Source: Zygophlyctis sp. KS116
Lineage: Eukaryota; Fungi; Chytridiomycota
Direction: 5' to 3'
NCBI GenBank assembly: GCA_054661495.1
Contig: BAAFSQ010000276.1
Location: forward strand, 1 to 13,135
DNA: 13,135 bases
The notes under the pieces were generated by a model that made no database searches, was not told the DNA's origin, and saw nothing but the letters and a program-made list of their open reading frames with translations. Numbering within the stretch: the stretch's first letter is position 1; each line of letters begins with the position of its first letter. Below are positions 1 to 9,986 of this stretch, in pieces. Position numbers and translations under genes: made by a program.

Positions 1-10
1 TACTAATCAG

Positions 11-830
11 TGGTTTAGCTGAGAGGTTTTCTAGTCAAGTTGCAATCATTTTTGTGGCAATTGTTAGCTTTGCTTCAATATTTATTGAAATTGGGATTTT
101 AGTACGAATTTTTGATCAAACCCCCACTTTACACTCTAGTAATCAAGACACTCAAAGAGAATCTTTACCAATTTCAAAGCGGCTTTTATCTCTGATGAAA
201 TATCCTGTAACAGTTACTTGCTTATCTATATCTTTTCTATATTTAACAGTATTGACTATAAACACTGTCATGATCTCATATTTACTATACAAAGGTAATG
301 ATGCTCTTTATATTTCTTGCTTGCGATTGTTCTCAGTAGTCTGTGGACTTTTAGCCACGTTCACTCTGGAAACAATGATCAGAATTATGGGAATCAATCA
401 GGCAGGTCTTTTTTCTATTAGTTTTCAATGCATCTGCTTATCAGTTGTGATCTCTTCCTTTTATATCAAGTCTACAATTTCATCAGTTCTCTTTCTAGTT
501 GGAGTTTGCTTATCTAGATGGGGATTATGGAGCTTTGATCTTGTCCAGCAACAATTAATTCAAGAAAATATCCCTGAAAATGAAATACATCTTATCAGCG
601 GTCTTGAAATTTCTCTGGAATCACTTGCCCAATTAATTGCCTATTCACTGACCATGATTTGGTCAGATCCAAAAAGTTTTTGGCTTCCTTGTCATATTTC
701 ATTTGTATCTGTCCTTTGCGGGGCTCTAACTTTTATATATTACACCAATATTTCCAATTGTCCAGAATCAGTTCGACTATTGGATAATCAAGATGCTGAT
801 GTTTTGGATTCTGAAACAGAAAATTGTTAA
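11..830 (+). CDS. Ferroportin (SLC40/FPN1-family) metal exporter, 3' part; gene starts upstream of the window
   Basis: Multiple hydrophobic helices and the ferroportin-type motif LSRWGLWSFDLVQQQLIQE. The frame is open back to nt 11-12. Nt 1-10 (tactaatcag) look like a branch point plus 3' splice site. Confidence 0.85.
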
Positions 831-870
831 TACTAAAAACAATTTTGGATTTCGTCATTCTCACGAGATA

Positions 871-1632
871 ATGAAACAATTATTATCGTTTCAATCAATA
901 GAAAATGGAATAGTTTGTTCTCATACAATTGATAATCCTGAAGCTTCTGTCAGTCAAAATACTTTAGATCTTTCAATGTCCGAAATCTCAACAATAACAT
1001 TCCCCTTAAATTTCTCAATCTGCCATAAAATCTTATTACATTTAAACAGGATATCTGCTTTTCCCAAGTCTATATTCTTAAGTGACATGGCTTCAACTCT
1101 TTTAGAACTCAATTTAAGTAGAAATAACTTGAAATCCATTCCTCCAGAAATCGGATTACTAGTCAATCTTAAGGAATTATATCTTGATTCTAATTCGATT
1201 GATCGATTACCACAGTCATTTGATACTTGCCATTCTCTACAGATTTTAGATGTTTCTTACAACAATTTGAAATGTGTTCCAGTAGAGCTTTTACGATTAA
1301 AGAAACTAAGAACAATATTTGCCGGATTCAATTCATTTAACATTTTAGACACAAAACCTGGAAAATCTATTAAACTACCTTCTTTAAAAGACTTGGCATT
1401 TCAAGCTGCGGCAACTGTCTTGCATGAATCCTCAACAACTGCGTTTAAGATTGTACCAAATCATATTCTCTCTGATCTAGTGCGACCAGCACCCTATAAA
1501 TGCTCAGCATGCAAAAGGCCGCTGTGGATTCCTATGAAAGATTATACATTAAAAATGTTTAATCAAGTTCCATTTATTCTAGAGTCATTATACTGCTCTC
1601 CAGTGCATTTCAAAAAATCTCATCAGGCCTAG
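871..1632 (+). CDS. Leucine-rich repeat protein with C-terminal BC-box-like and Cys/His motif (253 aa)
   Basis: LxxLxLxxNxL repeats (LLELNLSRNNLKSIP, LKELYLDSNSIDRLP, LQILDVSYNNLKCVP), then LPSLKDLA, CSAC and YCS..H. ATG 871 is preferred over 793, which overlaps the ferroportin CDS. Confidence 0.85.
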   Translation: MKQLLSFQSIENGIVCSHTIDNPEASVSQNTLDLSMSEISTITFPLNFSICHKILLHLNRISAFPKSIFLSDMASTLLELNLSRNNLKSIPPEIGLLVNLKELYLDSNSIDRLPQSFDTCHSLQILDVSYNNLKCVPVELLRLKKLRTIFAGFNSFNILDTKPGKSIKLPSLKDLAFQAAATVLHESSTTAFKIVPNHILSDLVRPAPYKCSACKRPLWIPMKDYTLKMFNQVPFILESLYCSPVHFKKSHQA

Positions 1633-1668
1633 GACGATTGTTAATTTGTTTCAATAGAAAAATTTCCA

Positions 1669-3370
1669 ATGGATACTTTTTATGATACTATTTTGATCTT
1701 AGACTTTGGGTCCCAATACACTCATCTGATTGCTCGCCGAATTAGAGAATGTGGTGTCTATTGTGAATTGGTTGCATGCAATACTCCAATATCTTCGCTT
1801 ACATTCATTCCTAAAGGGATCATCCTTTCCGGAGGCCCATATTCGGTTTATAGCAAGGATGCACCTCATATGGATCCTAAAATCTGGGATCTTAAAGTTC
1901 CTGTTTTAGGAATTTGCTATGGTCTTCAGGAAATAGCATGGAATAGAGGAGGACAAGTGATCGCATCTGATAAAAAGGAATATGGGAAAGCAGATATCTC
2001 AAAGAAAAAGGATTGTGCTCTTTTTGATGGTCTGGAAAAGGAATTTACTGTCTGGATGAGTCATGGGGATCAGCTTTCAGTCATTCCTTCTGGATTTGAA
2101 GTCGTTGCAGCAACTCCAACTGCGCCTTTTGCAGCAATTCATAATTTGAAGGAATTGATTTTTGGGATTCAATTTCATCCAGAAGTAACGCATACTCCAC
2201 AAGGAAAGAGAATTTTGGAGAATTTTGTGAAGATTTGCAACGCAAATGCTAATTGGACAATGGTATATAATGGAAATTTAAGACTAGGATTCATTTGTTG
2301 AAAAAGAAATTGAAAGAATTAGAAACCTGGTAGGTCCAAACGATCAAGTCATTGGTGCAGTCTCTGGGGGAGTTGATTCTACAGTTGCCGCAAAATTAAT
2401 GAGTATTGCTATTGGAGATAGATTCCATGCTATTCTAGTAGATAATGGTGTTATGCGCCTAAATGAATGTTCAACTGTCCAAAAAACGTTGAGTTCTCAT
2501 CTCGGCATAAATTTGACTCTTGTTGATGCTTCCGACCTGTTTTTGGGAAGACTGGAAGGAGTAATTAAAACTTTAATTGAATTTAGGTAACAGATCCTGA
2601 AAAAAAGAGGAAAATCATTGGGAATACATTTATTGAAGTTTTTGAATCAGAAGCTGCGCGAATTGAAGCTACTGAAGAGCAATCAGGGAAGGGTAAAATC
2701 AAATACCTTTTGCAAGGTACTTTATACCCAGATGTTATTGAGTCTATATCGTTTAAAGGGCCTTCTGCGACAATTAAGACTCATCATGTAATTTTACTAT
2801 TTTAACCAATCATTAGAATGTGGGAGGACTTCTGGAGAATATGAAGCATAAAGTCATCGAACCGCTAAGAGAATTATTTAAGGGTATTTCAGATGTTTTA
2901 ATACGTTAGATGAAGTTCGCGAATTAGGAGAAATTTTAGGCATTGATAAAGATTTGATATGGAGACATCCTTTTCCAGGACCAGGAATTGCAATCAGAAT
3001 TCTCGGTGAAGTCACTCGTTCTCAGGTTGAGATTGTCCAAAAAGCTGATGCTATATACATTGAAGAAATCAAAAAGGCCGGGCTATATCGTAAAATCTCT
3101 CAGGCATATGCCGCATTATTACCTGTTAGATCAGTGGGTGTTATGGGCGATAATAGAACATATGATCAGGTTATCGCACTGAGAGCAGTTGAAACTACTG
3201 GTATGCTGTATTTATTACTAAATTAAGATTTCATGACTGCAGATTGGTACGAGTTTCCATATTCTATATTGAAAACAATTAGCAGCCGTATAATCAACGA
3301 AGTAAATGGAGTCAACAGAGTAGTATATGACGTAAGCTCTAAGCCTCCTGCAACAATTGAATGGGAATAA
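1669..3370 (+). CDS. GUA1: GMP synthase (glutamine-hydrolysing), 522 aa, 6 exons
   Basis: Motifs [41 protein letters not shown] and C-terminal KPPATIEWE*. Exons 1669-2262, 2288-2560, 2587-2787, 2817-2883, 2910-3200, 3228-3370. GT-AG introns of 25, 26, 29, 26 and 27 nt restore one frame. Confidence 0.97.
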
Positions 3371-3405
3371 TAAGTTAGTGCATCATCCTCCTTTTTCTCC
3401 GAAGA

Positions 3406-4242
3406 ATGATGCAATATTCTATTTCATACGTCAGACAGCCTTTTAATTTATTGAAACCTGTCCCAACCATCAAGATGTCACATTTCTTACTTTCCCATAA
3501 TATTGCTGATCCAGAAAATACAACTTCTAATGAGTTTATGATGCTTGCAAATCAATTCAAATCCATATACGGAGACCATTTCCAGGAAGGAAACCGATCA
3601 GCCAATGCATCGCTGGAATATATTCTAGATGAACAAACAACTCCTCCAAAAAGCTATTCAGAAGTTCTAGAACAATTAGCATCATCATTAGATTCCCCCA
3701 CTAATTACTCTGAAGTTACTGCTTATGTCCAAAACTATAATTATCTGGAGTCGGAGGACTTAAAATATAAAACTTGCTTCTCATCCAGTTTGTGCTATGA
3801 TCAGAGAAAAAGTTTGATGTCAGCTTCAAATGACACTTTGTATGAAATTCCCAACGATGGCTCCAGAGAATTAATTTCCGACTCACCAAATGATTTCATG
3901 CATAATTATGGCTTTCAAATGATAAAAACAGAGATTTCCGAACAAAGTTTGAAAGTCAAATATTTTTGTCCGGTTCTAGGATGCAACAAGGAATTTACAA
4001 GGAAGGCAAATCGTCGGGCACATATGGAGATACATAAGCCAAATCGACCTCGACCATTTGTCTGCATGAAATGCCCAAAAGCATATTTAAGATCTATTGA
4101 TCTGGTGAGACATATCGAGACTTCTCATGAAAAAGCACAGCGTCATCTTTGTACAGAATGTGGGCGGCTTTTCACCCGCAAAGAAGGACTGAAGAAACAC
4201 TCTGAAAAAGGAAGCTGCTCTTCATTTCAATGTAAAAAATAA
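3406..4242 (+). CDS. C2H2 zinc-finger transcription factor (two C2H2 fingers plus one probable C2HC finger at the C-terminus)
   Basis: CPVLGC..F.R..N...H...H, RPF linker, CMKC...H....H, CTEC..F.R...L..H.....C. The start codon is uncertain because several in-frame ATGs exist. Confidence 0.88.
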   Translation: MMQYSISYVRQPFNLLKPVPTIKMSHFLLSHNIADPENTTSNEFMMLANQFKSIYGDHFQEGNRSANASLEYILDEQTTPPKSYSEVLEQLASSLDSPTNYSEVTAYVQNYNYLESEDLKYKTCFSSSLCYDQRKSLMSASNDTLYEIPNDGSRELISDSPNDFMHNYGFQMIKTEISEQSLKVKYFCPVLGCNKEFTRKANRRAHMEIHKPNRPRPFVCMKCPKAYLRSIDLVRHIETSHEKAQRHLCTECGRLFTRKEGLKKHSEKGSCSSFQCKK

Positions 4243-4297
4243 TTTCATTTCACCTAAAATTCCGCTTTGAGAACAATGCGCCATCGTCACTCAAGAA

Positions 4298-6240
4298 ATG
4301 ATGGTCAAAATCCTGCTATCGATGTTACAGGCAGTCACTGCATTGAAACCAGGTAATTGTAAAAACTGATCTTTAGCTACAGATTATATTGTAGATAAGC
4401 TCCCAGGACTTTCTGATTCCGATGCTTCTAAGCTCAAGCTATTTGCCGGACATATTCCAACTAACCAAACCGATGATAAACATAAATTATTTTTCTCGTT
4501 AGTTGAAGCCGAGAAAGAAGTTGGAACCCCGAAATTGGTATAATTACCTGATTATAACGATATAGACGATCTGGCTTAATGGAGGTTGACAGATCTATTA
4601 GTTCTAATAATAGGTCCGGGATGTTCTAGTCTGATTGGAATGTTTTTTGCCGTAGGTCCGTTTAGAGTCCAGTCGGACAAGTCTACAGTTAAATTGGTTA
4701 AGTATCATTGGGCAAAGCGTACAAATATACTTTTTGGTAAAATTATTTCATCTTATTTAAGTTGATCAGCCTGTTGGGACTGGTTTTAGTTACTCAACTG
4801 ACAGTAAATATTATAGAGATGTATCAGAGGTAGTTTATTTCAGCATTGAATTCAGTCTAGTAAGGACTTTCTTGGATTTCTCTTAAATTTCTACACAGTT
4901 TTTCCCAAGTATGCAAACTCCCCTGTAAGGATTGTTTCAAATAATAACACCTAGCTATATATCGCTGGTGAAAGTTTTGCTGGTACGTATATACCATATA
5001 TTTCAAAGGAGATTCTGGAATATAACAAACTTGCTGCTGTGGTATCTATAAATATAGTATAATCAATAGAAAATTCAATTACACGGCATGTTAATTGGTA
5101 ACGGATGGGTCGACCCATTGACAATGTATAAGAGCTACTATAATATCTCTGTTGAGAAAGGATTGATTCCAGAAGCAAGAAAATCAAGCAGGTTAGATGA
5201 TCTAAAGCGTTGTGAGGATGACTTTAACAGAAATGAAAAGATAAGGTACTAACAATGACTAATTTTATTGACATAACGCCGAGTGTGATAATTTTTTCAG
5301 TTCTATTCTCATGGAAGGTGATCCCTGTGTGAGTGTTTACAATGCAAAAGTATCATCCTGCACTGCTGAATATCCTCCTTATCTATCAAATACAAGGGAG
5401 TATCTAAATGTACTTGACTGAAAATTCAAATTTACAATTTAGAGGCTCCAAGTTAAAAATGCTCTTCACGTGGAAAACTCGAATCTAGAATGGCAAGAAT
5501 GTTCTTCTATAATGGATGATTTAATGAAATCGTCCACTGATCGCACAGCTTTTTATGTAAAATTGTCAAGCATTTGATAATATTAGCTTCTAAAGGATCT
5601 ACTGAAAACTACTCCGATTACATTCTTTAAGTATATAAATAACATATTAATTTCAAGTGGAAATGATGACCTTATTTGCAACTACATTGGGACTCAAATG
5701 ATGATTGATCGATTAGAATGGAATGGAGAAATCGGAATGGGAAGTGTAAGCACGCTTATTCTGATGATTTAGAAAACACCTATATTAAAATGGTATACTA
5801 ACGGAACAGTATCTGGAACATACCAATTTTCTAGAAATTTATCGTACTATGTTGTATACAATTCTGGCCACATGGTATCGTTAGATCAGCCTGTCGCAGG
5901 TTTAGATTTGTTTTACAAATCTATTGGTGTATACAACGATATTTTTAAATCAAGTTTCAAGGTAAATTTAAAGTATCTTATATATTTGGAAGCTTCAGAT
6001 CCTCAAAATCATTCCGATGTTTATCAAACCGACATTATAAACTTTGCGTAATATACATAAATAAATGTACTAATTCACAGATTAACTCTAATTGGGATAG
6101 CCGTAGTATTTTTATTAGCAGTATTGGCCTCTAAGGCCTATTTTACAAAAAAGGCAGTTACAAAACCCAAGTGGACTAAACTCAAAAGCGAGGAAGAGCT
6201 GAATCAAATTATAATGAGCGTATCAGAAAATATGGAATGA
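4298..6240 (+). CDS. Serine carboxypeptidase S10, Kex1-like type I membrane protein, copy A (about 516 aa)
   Basis: Spliced product has signal peptide MMVKILLSMLQAVTA, WLNGGPGCSS, VDQPVGTGFS, GESFAG (Ser), GNGWVDP, GNDDLICN (Asp), NSGHMV (His) and TM helix LTLIGIAVVFLLAVLA. Introns 4353-4376, 4538-4565, 4585-4613, 4737-4761, 4830-4855, 4925-4954, 5042-5069, 5246-5270 or 5300, 5410-5442, 5557-5586, 5631-5657, 5746-5772, 5962-5988 (ambiguous), 6048-6080. Confidence 0.9.
4339..5080 (+). repeat. 742-bp direct repeat, unit 1
   Basis: Line-by-line comparison with 6424-7165 gives a constant offset of 2085 and no mismatch seen. Confidence 0.95.
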
Positions 6241-6355
6241 TATTTATTATCAATAGTAGATTATTATATTTTGATATTATTAATCAATTGCTGATAAATC
6301 CAAGATGAAATTTCCGTGTGGCGCACTGAGTTAAATCGCAAGTTCATAGATTACC

Positions 6356-8412
6356 ATGGCTCTCATAAATACCAACTATCTTTCATCCGCTCTTGCGCTG
6401 ATATTTACATCACGATCTGCGATTGCATTGAAACCAGGTAATTGTAAAAACTGATCTTTAGCTACAGATTATATTGTAGATAAGCTCCCAGGACTTTCTG
6501 ATTCCGATGCTTCTAAGCTCAAGCTATTTGCCGGACATATTCCAACTAACCAAACCGATGATAAACATAAATTATTTTTCTCGTTAGTTGAAGCCGAGAA
6601 AGAAGTTGGAACCCCGAAATTGGTATAATTACCTGATTATAACGATATAGACGATCTGGCTTAATGGAGGTTGACAGATCTATTAGTTCTAATAATAGGT
6701 CCGGGATGTTCTAGTCTGATTGGAATGTTTTTTGCCGTAGGTCCGTTTAGAGTCCAGTCGGACAAGTCTACAGTTAAATTGGTTAAGTATCATTGGGCAA
6801 AGCGTACAAATATACTTTTTGGTAAAATTATTTCATCTTATTTAAGTTGATCAGCCTGTTGGGACTGGTTTTAGTTACTCAACTGACAGTAAATATTATA
6901 GAGATGTATCAGAGGTAGTTTATTTCAGCATTGAATTCAGTCTAGTAAGGACTTTCTTGGATTTCTCTTAAATTTCTACACAGTTTTTCCCAAGTATGCA
7001 AACTCCCCTGTAAGGATTGTTTCAAATAATAACACCTAGCTATATATCGCTGGTGAAAGTTTTGCTGGTACGTATATACCATATATTTCAAAGGAGATTC
7101 TGGAATATAACAAACTTGCTGCTGTGGTATCTATAAATATAGTATAATCAATAGAAAATTCAATTGCACGGTAATTTAATCGGTAATGGATGGGTCGACC
7201 CATTGACAATGTATATGAGTTATTATAATGTTACCTTTGATAATCATTTAATCGATGAAAAACACAGGGATTTAATTTTATCTAAAACGACAATATGCGA
7301 GAAGGAATTGAAAGAATCTAAATTAATTAAGTAATTTTATATTTTATAATCAATCGGCAGATTGGACAATTGTGAATCGATCTTAAATACTATTTTAATA
7401 TCATCTAAAGATAATGGCCAAATGTGCTTAAACATGTATGATTTTAGACTTCGTGATAGTGACCCTTGGGGAGGTTGTGGAATGTCTTGGCCGGATGGTT
7501 TGAGTGAAACTAAACATTACCTTAGTGTACACATCTAATTTTATTTAAAAAGAAGACTCCAGAAGTAATTAAGGCTTTAAATGCAGAAAATGCTCATAAA
7601 GGATGGACTGAATGCGAACCTTCAGTTCGAGAGGCGTTTGAATTAGACCGTAGCCTTCCTTCCTCGTCCGTAATATTAATATTTTGTAATAACTTTTCAG
7701 ATTATTCCGGAACTTTTGAATAGCATTTTTATTACGTTTTTCAAGTAATATTACAACATTAATTTAACATTAGTGGAAATAGTGATCTCATTTGTAACAC
7801 TTTAGGAATCCAAAATATGATTTCTAAACTTAATTGGAATGGAAATATCGGCATGGATGTAACTTTTTGCAGGTTTGACTTACACAATTAGAATGCACCA
7901 GTATTTAATTGGGAAGCAAATGGAAGATCTGCCGGAACTTACCAATCATCCAGGAATCTCACCCTGTTTTCAATGAGCAATTCTTCTCATATGGTCTCAG
8001 TAGATTACCCTGATGCAAGCATGGATATGTTTTTTCAATCTATAGGAATCACTCATGATTATTTCGACTCTCAATTAATTGTAAGTCCGAATTGAACTCT
8101 GATCACTAGCCTACACTTAACCAGGATGATCCGTTAAAAACTGTTGGAGGCAAATCAAATAAAAGCACCCAAATTATTCCTGGGAATAAGACTAACCATG
8201 ATACCTCGCAAGGTCCGAATTTTCTGTAAGATTTCTCGCTTAAACTTAGTGGAATATTTCTAATGTCAATTTTTGCTGTTGGAATTGTGCTGGTAGCACT
8301 CGTAAAAAGTCGGCATTTCTTTACGAGGACTTTTGGAAACTCTTCCCAGTCAATAGAAATGGAATGGCGTCATGTTGCTTCTGATGATAGCGAAGTTGAA
8401 GATGAAGTATGA
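6356..8412 (+). CDS. Serine carboxypeptidase S10, Kex1-like type I membrane protein, copy B (about 553 aa)
   Basis: Same N-terminal motifs as copy A, then GNSDLICN, NSSHMV, TM helix LGIFLMSIFAVGIVLVALV and an acidic tail. 14 GT-AG introns: 6438-6461, 6623-6650, 6670-6698, 6822-6846, 6915-6940, 7010-7039, 7127-7154, 7331-7360, 7527-7552 or 7555, 7670-7700, 7745-7773, 7859-7891, 8081-8109, 8226-8249. Confidence 0.92.
6424..7165 (+). repeat. 742-bp direct repeat, unit 2
   Basis: Matches 4339-5080 from tgcattgaaacc to aaaattcaatt. Confidence 0.95.
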
Positions 8413-8425
8413 GCATGCGCTCTGA

Positions 8426-8915
8426 TTATTTTTTTAAATTTTCATACTCTGTTATCATATCAGCTAGAAATTCGCCAATATCAATTGTTTGGTTTTCTTG
8501 AACCATTCGCCTAGACTTTTGAATAAATCGTTCTTGAATTGCAATAAAAAATTCTGCCTTTTCCAATTCTTTATAAAACTTATTTTCCAATTCTTCTTCT
8601 GATTGGAGAATAACAGGAGCAAGAGATGCTTGTTTTATCCTTTTCGATGTCACTTGTGTAAACATTTTAAGCGATTCATCCAATGGTAAGTCTGTCCGAA
8701 ATTCCAATAATTCTTCTACTGCTGCATTCGCATTTTCCTTTACGTGAACTGTAAACTGGTACCTTAAATTCCCAGTCCAAATCATCATCTGTTCCAGATT
8801 CATCAGAAGTGTTCTCATCATCATGCGTTCGTGACTTTTCCTTGATTAGATTATCATACACCTTTTTCTTTATAGAATCAAATATTTTATCATAGCTTTC
8901 GAAATTGGCGTCCAT
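8426..8915 (-). CDS. Hypothetical acidic/coiled-coil protein, 154 aa, 2 exons
   Basis: A 25-nt GT-AG intron (8762-8738) joins ORF 8676..8933 (from MDANF) to ORF 8426..8824, giving ...DWEFK|ENANAAVEELL... Confidence 0.75.
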
Positions 8916-8967
8916 GTCTGAAACGTGAAGCAAAAATTTCCTTCAAATTTTCAAAAAATCCAATCAA
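8916..8967. promoter_or_regulatory. Putative 52-bp bidirectional promoter
   Basis: The only sequence between two divergent ATGs. It contains AAAAATTTC and CAAATTTT tracts. Confidence 0.5.
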
Positions 8968-9968
8968 ATGCCTGGAACTGATCCAATTAATTTGCCCAGA
9001 TTCTCCTTGATGATCACTCTTGATTCTGGAAAGCAGGTCTCTTTTTCAGAAGGCGGAGATCGTGCGGGGATCCCTGTAATTTTCATTCCTGGAGCTTCAG
9101 GAAACAGGTTCTGGACGGCAATTTATGATGATTTGGCTAGAGAACATGGAATTCGTTTAATAACTTTTGATCGGCCTGGAAGAGGTGGCTGTGAGCCTAT
9201 AAAGAAAGGCTGGGGATTCCATAGGTAATTTAAATTTTAGACTGAAATTTAGTTGGGCTGGTAATTTCAATTTTATAATTTAATTTAGGCTATTTGGATG
9301 AGTTGACTGATATCTTGAAAATTCCAAAGTTTTTCATACTTACTCATTCCTGTGGAAGCTGTTATGCATTGGCTTCTTATCCTCAGATCAAAGACAAAAT
9401 ACTTGGATCAATCAGAATGCTTGCCATGTGGACTCCAACTAATTTACCATGTATGCCTAGTTCTTATGCACTTACTAGATCATTACCAACATCAATGGTT
9501 AGAGCATGGTACTCTCTATCATTAGCTGCACAAGCATCACCATTCTCTCTAGGTAATTCTTGGCAGTTGGGTCCTCTAAGTACAAGAGAAGAAGAAACTG
9601 CATCAACCCATCCTTCAGCTCTAGAGAAGATTGGAATTGAAAATGCAAGCTCGGATTACAAGGCTTGTGAGTCTGACTGGCTCTTGTCCCTTGAAATGAC
9701 CCGTAAAATGGAAATTCCATTCAGTAGTATAGATGTTCCAGTTCGATGCTGGCATGGAATGGATGATAATATCGTTCCTCTAGGATCTGTTATGTGGCTA
9801 CAAAGAGAAATGAAAAAATTCCTACTTTTTGCGGTAGAGGGAGCAACTCATAATATACATTTGGATATGTCAATACTTAAAGCTGTTTTTTCTGATATAG
9901 TTAAAGAAGCTACAGACATAAGACTCAGTTCCTTTGCTCAAAATTCTTTACAATCTCTACAGAAATAA
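8968..9968 (+). CDS. Alpha/beta-fold hydrolase, 314 aa, 3 exons
   Basis: Motifs FIPG, FDRPGRG, nucleophile elbow THSCG, WHGMDDNIVP (Asp) and EGATHN (His). Exons 8968-9224, 9253-9260, 9289-9968. Confidence 0.9.
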
Positions 9969-9986
9969 TCAGTATCCGAATAAAAA

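Noticed and set aside
1669-3370. Fragmented GUA1 (and similarly PRS and the hydrolase) as pseudogenes or programmed frameshifts
   Set aside because: Each break is removed exactly by a 25-29 nt GT-AG intron, giving full-length conserved proteins.
4339-7165. 742-bp direct repeats as LTRs or a mobile element
   Set aside because: The repeats are carboxypeptidase exons and introns. No transposase, RT or integrase and no target-site duplication was seen.
4243-8425. Apparent 4-kb non-coding region or RNA gene
   Set aside because: It is fully explained by two intron-dense genes.
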